A DNA stretch of 64,000 nt, from assembly GCA_045617125.1 (NCBI GenBank), contig JAZLIA010000034.1, positions 3,739 to 67,738 of the forward strand, in the 5' to 3' direction. The notes below the pieces were generated by a model, which made no database searches, was not told the DNA's origin, and saw only the letters and a program-made list of their open reading frames with translations. Source of the DNA: Clostridia bacterium. GTDB taxonomy: Bacteria; Bacillota; Clostridia; Christensenellales; Aristaeellaceae. Below are positions 1 to 8,092 of this stretch, piece by piece (position 1 is the stretch's first letter; every line of letters starts with the position of its first letter). Both the position numbers and the translations under genes were made by a program.

Positions 1-85
1 AATCCACTGTTGTTTATCAAATTCAACTCCATGGCGCAGCACAATTATGCTCAATCATGTTCCCACAAAAAGCTCAAAAAAAGGT

Positions 86-114
86 TTGACAAACCGCATA
101 TTATGTGTTATCAT
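86..114 (+). promoter_or_regulatory. SigA/sigma-70-type promoter upstream of tRNA-Ser
   Basis: TTGACA at 86-91, a 17-bp spacer, then TATCAT at 109-114 preceded by TGT (extended -10). It lies about 17 nt upstream of the tRNA 5' end. Confidence 0.5.
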
Positions 115-130
115 CTTCCCGTTGACCAGT

Positions 131-222
131 GGAGAAGTCGCCTAGCTTGGTCGAGGGCGCACGACTGGAAATCGTGTAACGGGTAAAACCGTTCGAGAGT
201 TCGAATCTCTCCTTCTCCGCCA
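131..222 (+). tRNA. tRNA-Ser (anticodon GGA), class II tRNA with long variable arm and encoded CCA
   Basis: Cloverleaf folded by hand. Acceptor GGAGAAG/CTTCTCC; anticodon stem CACGA/TCGTG with loop CTGGAAA (anticodon GGA). Variable-arm stem AACGG/CCGTT; T arm GAGAG-TTCGAAT-CTCTC; discriminator G followed by CCA. Confidence 0.9.
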
Positions 223-262
223 AAGAAAGTCAGGGATCTAACCGTTCCTGGCTTTCTTTTTC
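222..262 (+). terminator. Rho-independent terminator after tRNA-Ser
   Basis: A roughly 13-bp stem (AAAGAAAGTCAGG / CCTGGCTTTCTTT, one G-U pair) with a 12-nt loop, running into a T tract at 257-261. Confidence 0.6.
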
Positions 263-475
263 GTTGTAGTTTCAAAATACCACTGTCGTATCAAGTGAGA
301 AGGCAGACATCAAAAACGCACATATAAGAATGGGAAAAAATCTTTCCGTCATTATTGACGTTTGGCAAATTGCAATGGTATAATTATTAAGTCGATTGAA
401 ATATTATACGGTCGATTGAAATGGAAACGCGGAAAAAGCGCTCCTGTCAGTTCACAAAGAAAGGAAGATGCCGGA

Positions 476-1924
476 ATGATCACATTTCTGATGGGTATTG
501 CATTTCTCATTATAGGAGGATTTTTCTACGGGAAGTTTTGCGAAAAAATCATCCGTCCGGAGGATAACAGGCTGACCCCGGCAGAAGCGATGGCCGACGG
601 CGTAGACTATGTGGCGCTGCCGAAATGGAAAAACTGTTTGATCCAACTGCTGAACATTGCCGGGACCGGGCCGATCCTGGGGCCGATCCAGGGCATTCTC
701 TTCGGGCCGATCGCTTTTGTGACCATTCCGATCGGCTGCGTTCTGGGCGGCGCCATTCACGACTATATGACAGGCATGATCTCCATCAGAAACAAAGGGA
801 ATCAGATGCCTGAGCTGGTCAGAAAGTATATGGGCAAGGGCATCGGAAAAGTATATACGGTTTATCTTGGCTTTGTTCTGATTCTGGTAGCCGCAGTGTT
901 TGTTTATACGCCGGGGGATCTTCTGGCCTCTCAGATCACCGGCAGCAATGGTACGGACAATGTGTGGCTCTGGATCATATACGGCCTGATTTTCCTTTAC
1001 TACCTGATCGCCACCGTTTTCCCTGTTGACAAGATCATCGGCAAGATCTACCCGATATTCGGCGCGATATTGCTTGTTTCAGCTGTCGGCGTGCTGTCAG
1101 GGATCTTTATCAAGGGCTATCCCCTAACGGAGATCTGGAACAGCGGGAACCTTTTTAATTCGCATCCGCTGGGGCAGCGCTTTTTCCCTGTGTTCTTCAT
1201 CACCGTTTCATGCGGCATTGTTTCCGGCTTCCATACAACCCAGTCGACGATGATTACCAGGACCGTGACGAAAGAAAAGCATGGGCGCGCGGTTTTCTAT
1301 AACATGATGATCCTTGAGGGTATGATCGCCATGATCTGGGCCGCAGCCGCGATGGGGGTCTACAACATGGGCATAGCGGACGCCGCGACCCAGGCCGTCC
1401 CGGTGTTGAACATCATTTGCAGTGATTTTTTGGGCCCGGTGGGCGGATTTGTCGCGATGCTGGGAGTTGTGGTGCTTGCGATCACCTCCGGCGACACGGC
1501 GCTTCGCTCCGCAAGGCTGGCCATAGGCGAGACCCTGCATCTTCCACAGCAGAAAACGGGTCAGCGCATTTTGCTTTCTCTGGCAATTTCAACGGTCGTG
1601 ATCGGCCTGTTGATCTTTGCCAAGACCAATGCGGAAGGCTTCAATCTGCTCTGGCGCTATTTCGGCTTCTGTAATCAGCTGACGGCCTTCCTGGCGTTCT
1701 CGCTTTTCACGATCTATCTGAAGCGCCATCATCGGAAGTATCTGCCCACCCTGATCCCCGGTGCCTTCTATCTGGCGGTGATCATCGATTATATTATGAC
1801 TGCCTCCATCGGCTTCCGTCTGAGCAATCTTGCCGGCGACATTGCCGGAATCGCGGCTGTGCTGGTTTATGTGCCCTTCATGGTTCTGCACAAGTTTCCC
1901 GGCCCTGAAACGGAACTGACATGA
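476..1924 (+). CDS. cstA: Carbon starvation protein A family transporter (CstA; peptide/pyruvate uptake family)
   Basis: ATG at 476 is preceded by AAGGAAG at 461-467. The N-terminus is MITFLMGIAFLIIGGFFYGKF, with the motif LLNIAGTGPILGPIQGILFGP and many hydrophobic segments. The upstream 38 codons of the track ORF (from 362) look non-coding. Confidence 0.8.
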   Translation: MITFLMGIAFLIIGGFFYGKFCEKIIRPEDNRLTPAEAMADGVDYVALPKWKNCLIQLLNIAGTGPILGPIQGILFGPIAFVTIPIGCVLGGAIHDYMTGMISIRNKGNQMPELVRKYMGKGIGKVYTVYLGFVLILVAAVFVYTPGDLLASQITGSNGTDNVWLWIIYGLIFLYYLIATVFPVDKIIGKIYPIFGAILLVSAVGVLSGIFIKGYPLTEIWNSGNLFNSHPLGQRFFPVFFITVSCGIVSGFHTTQSTMITRTVTKEKHGRAVFYNMMILEGMIAMIWAAAAMGVYNMGIADAATQAVPVLNIICSDFLGPVGGFVAMLGVVVLAITSGDTALRSARLAIGETLHLPQQKTGQRILLSLAISTVVIGLLIFAKTNAEGFNLLWRYFGFCNQLTAFLAFSLFTIYLKRHHRKYLPTLIPGAFYLAVIIDYIMTASIGFRLSNLAGDIAGIAAVLVYVPFMVLHKFPGPETELT

Positions 1925-1947
1925 CCTGCGATCCGCCAGGAAAATTC

Positions 1948-2334
1948 TTATCTGGAGAAAATATCATTGGATCCATCCAAGCGAAACGAATCCTTTCCAC
2001 AGATGAGACTTTGCCGGTCCGGAGAACTGAGCATGATGCAGAAAACACTTATGTGACATTTGGCCGCATCCCGCCAATATAACGGAAATGCGGCCTTTCC
2101 TTTCATGTTTTCATTTTGCATTCCACGCCCGAATACGCAAAAACTCAAGCAGATCGGTTTAATCGATCCCGGAAGTGCATAAGCCGTCTCCCAACCGTGC
2201 TTGAGCTTCCGTTTTTCAATGTGCATTTCATTGACATTCAAGTGCTTCGCTATTATACTCGTATTCAGGGTCATGATCTTTTTTACTTCCGTTGACATAT
2301 TGGTTCCGTGGGAACAAGCCATACGGTGTACCAA
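1948..2334 (-). CDS. Hypothetical ORF, possibly a gene remnant
   Basis: Only an open frame of 128 aa. I recognise no motif, the composition is Cys-rich and odd, and it sits at the edge of the AT-rich patch. Confidence 0.2.
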   Translation of the reverse strand: MVHRMACSHGTNMSTEVKKIMTLNTSIIAKHLNVNEMHIEKRKLKHGWETAYALPGSIKPICLSFCVFGRGMQNENMKGKAAFPLYWRDAAKCHISVFCIMLSSPDRQSLICGKDSFRLDGSNDIFSR

Positions 2335-2631
2335 ATACCATCATTTCAGAGCTTCAGTATATTCAGACAAGTAATCCGGAAGGGAAAAGCTGATAAAATC
2401 ATTGATTCGTAAATTGCTCAGGTACCCAATATTCAGAAAAATATTTCTTTATTTAAGTACAAGAATTTTTTTCTTCTATCTCATTCTTCGAAAGCACAAT
2501 GATGAGATTTTTTATTCTTCTCAATGAGCGCAGAGGCGATATTTTATATTCGTTGGCTTTCTTAGATGATCTGAGAAAGAAATACAGATCTAAGAAAAAA
2601 CGTTCCGATCTGTGATAAATTTGTTGGAAGC

Positions 2632-3036
2632 ATGCTTTCTATGGGCATGGAAGCGGGATTTCTGCATACGAATTCTGCTGTTCATGGAGATCTCGGAATG
2701 GTTAAGCCGGGAGATCTGGTGATCATTTTGACGAAAAGCGGTTCAACAGCCGAATCCATTTATCTGACCGATATTTTAAAGAAAAGACCAGGAGTTCAGA
2801 TTTGGCTTTTAAGTGGAAAAAAGCAAAGCCCTTTATCTGACATGCTGGAAAATAAAGTGATTTATTCATTGCGGCACGAGGGTGACCTGTGGAATATTCT
2901 GCCGAATAATTCAACAGCAGTTAATCTTATCATATTGCAAACATTGGCTATGGAACTGGCAAAAAGGTCAGGTGCGACACTGGAAGATTTCAAAGCGAAC
3001 CATCCGGGCGGTGCGATAGGAGAAGCATTGAAATGA
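2632..3036 (+). CDS. SIS-domain protein (KpsF/GutQ-like sugar-phosphate isomerase domain), N-terminally truncated or degenerate; possible pseudogene
   Basis: HGDLGMVKPGDLVIILTKSGSTAES and the C-terminal NHPGG resemble the KpsF/GutQ SIS domain. The in-frame upstream reading is TDLRKNVPICDKFVGS where T-G-x-G-K-S-G is expected. In-frame stops occur at 2572-2574 and 2563-2565. Confidence 0.55.
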   Translation: MLSMGMEAGFLHTNSAVHGDLGMVKPGDLVIILTKSGSTAESIYLTDILKKRPGVQIWLLSGKKQSPLSDMLENKVIYSLRHEGDLWNILPNNSTAVNLIILQTLAMELAKRSGATLEDFKANHPGGAIGEALK

Positions 3037-3407
3037 ATGAATTGATACTTTCCTCTTTGGGGCACACATGGATCCTGGACTTGGATGGAACCATAGTAAA
3101 GCATAACGGATATAAGACGGACGGAATCGATTCTTTCCTCCCCGGCGCCGAGGAGTTTTTAAAGAACATTCCGCTCAATGACATGGTCATTATTCTCACA
3201 TCAAGATCCGAGGAATACCGACATATTACAGAAGACTTTCTAAGAAGCCATGAAATTCGATATAATCATATGATTTTCAATGCACCGTTTGGTGAAAGAA
3301 TACTTATAAACGATACTAAACCAAGCGGCTTAAAAATGAGTATATCCGTTGATGGCTGTCGTGATACGGCATTTATTCCATCAATAACAATTGATAAAAA
3401 TCTATAA
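3033..3407 (+). CDS. Small HAD-superfamily phosphatase-like protein
   Basis: DxDGT motif (WILDLDGTIVKHNG), a motif II-like LTSRS, and an ATGA overlap with the preceding SIS ORF. Confidence 0.6.
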   Translation: MNELILSSLGHTWILDLDGTIVKHNGYKTDGIDSFLPGAEEFLKNIPLNDMVIILTSRSEEYRHITEDFLRSHEIRYNHMIFNAPFGERILINDTKPSGLKMSISVDGCRDTAFIPSITIDKNL

Positions 3408-3582
3408 GGCATTTCCTGTTTGAGAAAACCGTTCGTTCCGCTCCGGCAGAACGCTGAATCCGCTCGGAACTGAGCAGTGTTTACTTCACGGATCTCCAAT
3501 GGGCGGTAAGAAGGGGATGGATCCCGCAGCATAGGCGGTTTTCAGGAAAATGCCTCCCCTTTTTACATCCATATCCTGATCA

Positions 3583-3610
3583 AGTTCACTTAAGTCAGAC
3601 TAAGTGAACT
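3583..3610. promoter_or_regulatory. Perfect inverted repeat (candidate operator) upstream of the 3644 ORF
   Basis: AGTTCACTTA (3583-3592) and TAAGTGAACT (3601-3610) are exact reverse complements separated by 8 bp. The site is 34 nt upstream of the ATG at 3644. Confidence 0.4.
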
Positions 3611-3643
3611 AAACGACAAACAGAAATTTGAGGGCACCATTTT

Positions 3644-3964
3644 ATGAATATAGAAATCAATGAGAATGGGAACTGGTTTCACGGTTCAAATCAGAGATTC
3701 ACAGTGCTTAAAAAGGGAAGCACAATAACACAGTGGCAGGCATTGGCCGAAGCCTTTTCTCATAAACCGAGCAGTTTGTCATATGAAGATAATGGAATCA
3801 TCAAGCACAACGGGACTGAATACGGATATTTATATGTTATTGATGAACCAATCGTGATTGGAACAGATATCTATCCGCATCCAAGAACATCGATGGACAA
3901 GAATGCAGAATTTCTGACTGGGAGAGATTTGAAGGTAAAACTGGTAAGAGAATTGATGGTATAA
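3644..3964 (+). CDS. Hypothetical small protein (106 aa)
   Basis: Open frame with protein-like composition. The N-terminal NWFHGSN motif is not assignable by eye. Confidence 0.4.
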   Translation: MNIEINENGNWFHGSNQRFTVLKKGSTITQWQALAEAFSHKPSSLSYEDNGIIKHNGTEYGYLYVIDEPIVIGTDIYPHPRTSMDKNAEFLTGRDLKVKLVRELMV

Positions 3965-4098
3965 GTCCGACAAATTCCGGTTGTCTGTGCCTTAAAGATC
4001 ATTATTTCGATATAGTTCATCAATTCCTTCAACCTTTACATTGTTAAGAATTGATCATCATCCATTACATCAGAAAACCAAAATGAAGCGGAATCAAA

Positions 4099-5208
4099 TC
4101 AACGTGCCAATACGTCAAAGAAGAATCGATCCTCCCAGCGGCGGTGAAGAGAAAATTCATGGGTCAGGTCTGTGATGTTATAGACTACCGTCCACTGGGT
4201 ATTGCTGATGATGCTTTCCGGATTGGGCGCTGTGGAAGCGGCTTTTGCGGCTTCCCAGGCAATTTCTCCTCCGGCGGCGCTGCCGGCGGCATTAATGACA
4301 GCTTCAACTCTGTCACGGCGTTCCTTGCCCTGACCGTAGATGCCGTTCTTTTGACCGGAGATCACTTTATCCTCATACATGGCAAAATAATTGGTGATGG
4401 TCCTGAGGGGCGTTACGACCATCGGGCGATCTTCCTTCTCACAGTCCCATTCCACAACGCGCCCGTCACCGCTGGCATCTGTGATATAATAATGATAATC
4501 TCTTCCGGAGGTCGCCATATAGTCGTATTGGGCGATCATGTCCACCGCTTCCTGGGTCGTTGCGCATCTGTCCAGCACCAGACGGATCAGAACCGGAGTC
4601 GGCAGGACCGGCTTTCCGTTATTCTGCCGGGTAGGTTCGCTTGACAGGGTGAGCACCGCGATCGCCAGCCCCTTTTCATTCATGCCGTCCAAAGGGATCA
4701 GGGGAGCGACCAGCATGGCAGCCAGGGTCGTTTCGGATTCAAAGGGGTCGTTCATTCCCAGATTGCTCAGCGCGGAGAAGCAGACAGAGCTGTATCCGTT
4801 CCGGGGATGGCAAAAACACATCATCGCGGACGTGTCATATTTGAAATCATAATTCCGGCCCATGTAGATCTTCCCGTCATTCGCTTTCAGGGTAAAGGCA
4901 GTACAGCCAAAATTGGGCGCTTCGATCTTAACAGGAATGCCGGGCAGGGCTTCATTGAGGAGCAGACCGACCATGCCCTGATCATCAAGCTCACCAAATG
5001 GAGTCAGATGATCGATATCGTAATCGTAGAACACTTCCATTGAGTACAGATTCAGCATGTCATCATAATCAGTCAGCTTCTGAATGGAGGCAATCGTCTG
5101 CCGCCTTTCCTCGGAAAGAAGAGGCGCGTTTTCTTCCGCAGCGGCAATGCCGGAACACAGGCAAAGCACGGTGCACATGAGCAGCAGGATAAATCTTATC
5201 ATTTTCAT
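4099..5208 (-). CDS. Secreted Ntn-hydrolase superfamily protein, peptidase C45 / isopenicillin-N N-acyltransferase-like (choloylglycine-hydrolase-related)
   Basis: Signal peptide MKMIRFILLLMCTVLCLCSGIAAAEE. A Gly101-Cys102 junction (APNFG|CTAFTL) is followed by GRNYDF, the pattern of autoproteolytic Cys-nucleophile Ntn enzymes. Confidence 0.65.
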   Translation of the reverse strand: MKMIRFILLLMCTVLCLCSGIAAAEENAPLLSEERRQTIASIQKLTDYDDMLNLYSMEVFYDYDIDHLTPFGELDDQGMVGLLLNEALPGIPVKIEAPNFGCTAFTLKANDGKIYMGRNYDFKYDTSAMMCFCHPRNGYSSVCFSALSNLGMNDPFESETTLAAMLVAPLIPLDGMNEKGLAIAVLTLSSEPTRQNNGKPVLPTPVLIRLVLDRCATTQEAVDMIAQYDYMATSGRDYHYYITDASGDGRVVEWDCEKEDRPMVVTPLRTITNYFAMYEDKVISGQKNGIYGQGKERRDRVEAVINAAGSAAGGEIAWEAAKAASTAPNPESIISNTQWTVVYNITDLTHEFSLHRRWEDRFFFDVLAR

Positions 5209-5287
5209 TTTCCTCTCTTTTCTTCATGTTCATTTGAAACCGCACAGAATTTCCCCTTTGATGTATCACATTTCGCGTTTTCTGCGC

Positions 5288-5301
5288 TTCGTTATAACGA
5301 A
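5288..5301 (-). promoter_or_regulatory. Perfect 14-bp palindrome abutting the -10 element (candidate repressor operator)
   Basis: TTCGTTATAACGAA is its own reverse complement. It lies immediately downstream (minus-strand sense) of the predicted -10 at 5302-5307. Confidence 0.4.
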
Positions 5302-5330
5302 ATTGTAACATAATGTCAGCCCAGATGCAA
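5302..5330 (-). promoter_or_regulatory. SigA-type promoter for the C45/Ntn gene
   Basis: Minus strand reads TTGCAT (5330-5325), a 17-bp spacer, then TACAAT (5307-5302) preceded by TGT. It is about 95 nt upstream of the start at 5208. Confidence 0.5.
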
Positions 5331-5338
5331 GAAAAACC

Positions 5339-5380
5339 GTTACGGTGATTATTTATTCGGTTACGGTGATTATTTATTCG
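5339..5380. repeat. Perfect 21-bp tandem duplication just upstream of the -35 element
   Basis: GTTACGGTGATTATTTATTCG occurs twice back to back, at 5339-5359 and 5360-5380. Confidence 0.85.
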
Positions 5381-5428
5381 GATGCTCAATATGGATATAC
5401 CCGTCGATCATTTTCTTTTCCTACTTCA

Positions 5429-6424
5429 TCAAAGCCCAGCATAAGGCAGCTCCTTGATCAGACATTCCGCAGCAGCATGAATATCCTCATCCTCCGGCAG
5501 TTCTCCATTCCTTGCACAGCACTCAAACTCATCCACGATATTCTCGATCAAAACCATATCAATGAACAGCGGCAGCTGCGCCAGCAATTCATCGGGAATA
5601 TCCGTCTCCGTCCGATACCCGGCAAGGACAGTATCAAAATAATGCCGCATATACGCCATCCGTTCGTCAGTGCCTGAAAGATGCCTGCACCAGCCTTCTC
5701 CGTGCGTCCACAGGTTGGCCAGATCAAACATATACCAGCAGTTCATGCAGTTGTCAAAATCAAATACGGTGATCTTACCGGTCTTCATATTGATGTGATA
5801 GTTCCCATCGCTGAAATCGAAGTGAACCATTCCATATATTTGGGGATCGACAGGCAGAGTATCAAACAGTTCAAGACGACGGAAAATCAAGGCTTTCAAA
5901 GCCTCATAACGGTCAGAAATCAGCCCGTCGATGTAAATCCTGTTGTATTTTTCCCTGTAGCTCATACGGGGATACTTTGGGTCATATTGCTTTGACAGCC
6001 GATGGAGGATGCCAAGCACCCTGCCGCAATTGAAGAAATACTCTTCCAACGGTACGCCTTCCCGATAGCGATATCCATTATCTGAGAGCAGCATTCCTTC
6101 TGCATACTCAAACATGCACAAAAACACAGGTCGTCCCTTCTGTTCGAGCCGTTCCACAAACCTGTGGTTAAAGGACTCGATAACATCGGCTACGGGCGCA
6201 CCGTTTTTTGCAAGGTAATGAACAAAGGCGGTTTCTGCCAGATAATCAGCTTCTGTCCGGTCCGTCAGTGCGGAAACCCGCAGCACCCTTTTCTTTCCAA
6301 CAGCCGAAGTGATGACAAACACGATATTGCGTCCGCCATCATGGCCGGGTACACGGTCGATCTCACAGTTTTCCAGTGAATATAACCGTTCCGCCTGCAT
6401 AAGGATCCATTTCTCATCCATCAA
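5429..6424 (-). CDS. Phosphotransferase enzyme family protein (APH/choline-kinase-like small-molecule kinase)
   Basis: Brenner motif HxDxxxxN (HFDFSDGN) followed by the DFD metal-binding motif (ITVFDFDNC). Confidence 0.7.
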   Translation of the reverse strand: MMDEKWILMQAERLYSLENCEIDRVPGHDGGRNIVFVITSAVGKKRVLRVSALTDRTEADYLAETAFVHYLAKNGAPVADVIESFNHRFVERLEQKGRPVFLCMFEYAEGMLLSDNGYRYREGVPLEEYFFNCGRVLGILHRLSKQYDPKYPRMSYREKYNRIYIDGLISDRYEALKALIFRRLELFDTLPVDPQIYGMVHFDFSDGNYHINMKTGKITVFDFDNCMNCWYMFDLANLWTHGEGWCRHLSGTDERMAYMRHYFDTVLAGYRTETDIPDELLAQLPLFIDMVLIENIVDEFECCARNGELPEDEDIHAAAECLIKELPYAGL

Positions 6425-6636
6425 TATACACCGCCCCGATCATCATACATGCTCCCCGCTGCAGGATCGCATTCATCCGCTCGACAGTTCAGCACCTTTC
6501 CATACCATATTACAGCATAACACGGTTTTCCTGTTTTTATTTGCGGGAATTTGTCCTGACGGCATTCTTTGAGCATTTGTTATAACCCTGCGCGGCATTT
6601 TGACCATATTAACCGGAATGATTCAAAAGATCACTA

Positions 6637-6665
6637 TTGAATCGCACGAAATAAAGTAATACAAT
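6637..6665 (+). promoter_or_regulatory. SigA-type promoter upstream of the GNAT/ACP/ligase cluster
   Basis: TTGAAT at 6637-6642, a 17-bp spacer, TACAAT at 6660-6665. It lies 40 nt upstream of the ATG at 6706. Confidence 0.45.
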
Positions 6666-6705
6666 AATAGGCAGTATAAGAAAGGTGTAAAATACAAGGA
6701 TATCT

Positions 6706-7824
6706 ATGTTGGAAATCAAAGAAGCAACAACAAAAAAAGAAAAAATAGAGTTTCTCGAACTGCCGAACAGGCTCTATAAAAACTGTCCTTGCTTCGTTCC
6801 GCCATTCTATACGGATGAGAAAAAGATTTTTGCCAATAAAAGGGCGAAAGACGGAAGTGCTGAGTCGGTTTTTTTTATTGCGTATGAGAATGGACAGGCG
6901 ATCGGCAGGATCCAGGGGATCTGCCATCACCTGAGCAATGAAAAGCGTTCGGAAAAAAGAGTTCGCTTCACCCGCTTTGACTGCATAAACAGCAAGGAAG
7001 CGGCAGCCGGGCTGTTTGAGCGTCTTGAAGCCTGGGCCGTTTCGCTTGGAATGGATACGGTGTGCGGCCCGCTGGGGTACTCGGATCTGGATAGAGAAGG
7101 ACTGCTGATCGAAGGCTTTGATCAAATGTCCACCTATGAAGAACAGTATAATTTTGAATATTACTCAGAGCTTCTGGAAGCAAACGGATACAGGAAGGAA
7201 AAGGACTGGCTGGAATACCGCCTGTCCATTCCCGTGAAAGAAGACGAAGAACTTGAACGCATGGCGGATTTTCTTCTGCGCAGGTACGGTTTGAAATACG
7301 TAAGCGCAGGAAACTTCAAAAAAATGTGCAAACTATACTATAACGAATTTCACGATGTTTTGGAACGCGGCTACGCAAACCTTTACGGAACGGCTCCTTT
7401 AACGGAGGAAATGAAGAAAGAGCTTCTGAAAACGCTGGTGGCACTCCTCGATAAGCGGTTTGTAAGGCTCGTAACGGATAAAGACGGAGAGCTGGTGTAT
7501 TTTGCAATTGCTCTTCCTTCATTAAGCAGGGCGCTTCTTCATTCAGGAGGACACATGAGTATCCCGGTGCTTTTTAAGCTGTTAAAGGCAAAAATGCATC
7601 CGGAAGTAATCGACCTGGGATTGGTCTCCGTTTCGGAAAAATACAAGGGAAAAGGCGTTGGCAGCCTTCTTGTCCGTGATATCATAGGACTGATGAGATC
7701 AGAAAACGTTCCCTATGTGGAAACCAATCTGTGTCTTGAGGATAACTACGCGATCCGTAATCTGTGGCATCAGTTTGACAGTGTTCAGCACAAGAGAAGA
7801 CGCGCATATGTAAAGCAGCTATAA
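6706..7824 (+). CDS. Large (372 aa) GNAT-superfamily acyltransferase, probably a tandem GNAT fold
   Basis: The N-terminus MLEIKEATTKKEKIEFLELPNRLYKNCPCFVPPFYTDEKKIF is typical of an uncharacterised roughly 370-aa GNAT family. There is a C-terminal motif-A-like YKGKGVGSLL and an AAGGA RBS. Confidence 0.6.
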   Translation: MLEIKEATTKKEKIEFLELPNRLYKNCPCFVPPFYTDEKKIFANKRAKDGSAESVFFIAYENGQAIGRIQGICHHLSNEKRSEKRVRFTRFDCINSKEAAAGLFERLEAWAVSLGMDTVCGPLGYSDLDREGLLIEGFDQMSTYEEQYNFEYYSELLEANGYRKEKDWLEYRLSIPVKEDEELERMADFLLRRYGLKYVSAGNFKKMCKLYYNEFHDVLERGYANLYGTAPLTEEMKKELLKTLVALLDKRFVRLVTDKDGELVYFAIALPSLSRALLHSGGHMSIPVLFKLLKAKMHPEVIDLGLVSVSEKYKGKGVGSLLVRDIIGLMRSENVPYVETNLCLEDNYAIRNLWHQFDSVQHKRRRAYVKQL

Positions 7825-7837
7825 CGGAGGAAGAATC

Positions 7838-8092
7838 ATGCTGGAAACAATCATATCCATTCTTGCAGATCGGTTCAAGGTTGACAAAGAAACGATCACA
7901 AGAGAAACCGAACTCATAAAAGATCTGGGAGCAGACTCCCTTGAACTGGTCCGCCTTTTGATGATCCTGGAGAATGACTACGGAGTATATATCGACGATG
8001 ACCGGGTCCAGGGCATCCGTACAGTCGGAGACGTTGCAGATATTGCCGAATCTGCAGCCGGAAAGGATCATCATGAAAATGAAAGGGGATGA
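7838..8092 (+). CDS. Acyl carrier protein (phosphopantetheine attachment DSL motif)
   Basis: LGADSLELVRLLMILENDYG in an 84-aa protein; GGAGGAAG RBS upstream. Confidence 0.8.
   Translation: MLETIISILADRFKVDKETITRETELIKDLGADSLELVRLLMILENDYGVYIDDDRVQGIRTVGDVADIAESAAGKDHHENERG

Noticed and set aside
131-222. tRNA-Ser as the integration site of the lower-G+C island.
   Set aside because: The apparently native, higher-G+C cstA gene lies between the tRNA and the AT-rich patch. No integrase is present, and I did not spot a direct repeat of the tRNA 3' end at the far border. A proper search was not possible by eye.
362-475. N-terminal extension of the cstA ORF as listed in the track (start at 362).
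   Set aside because: The first 38 codons (MANCNGIIIKSIEILYGRLKWKRGK...) precede a good RBS+ATG at 476, where the typical CstA N-terminus MITFLMG begins. The extension is most likely non-coding.
1948-2334. Whether this ORF is a transposase or integrase remnant marking a mobile element.
   Set aside because: I recognise no DDE, HTH or recombinase motif, and I see no flanking inverted repeats. It is kept only as a low-confidence hypothetical ORF.
5339-5380. Whether the exact 21-bp tandem repeat could be a mini CRISPR array or a satellite.
   Set aside because: There are only two units, directly abutting with no spacer, and no cas genes. It is interpreted as a promoter-proximal duplication or binding site.
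7974-8072. A 33-codon upstream extension of the ligase ORF, lying inside the ACP gene.
   Set aside because: It overlaps the ACP reading frame. A GGAAAGG RBS and ATG at 8073 give a normal adenylate-forming enzyme N-terminus.
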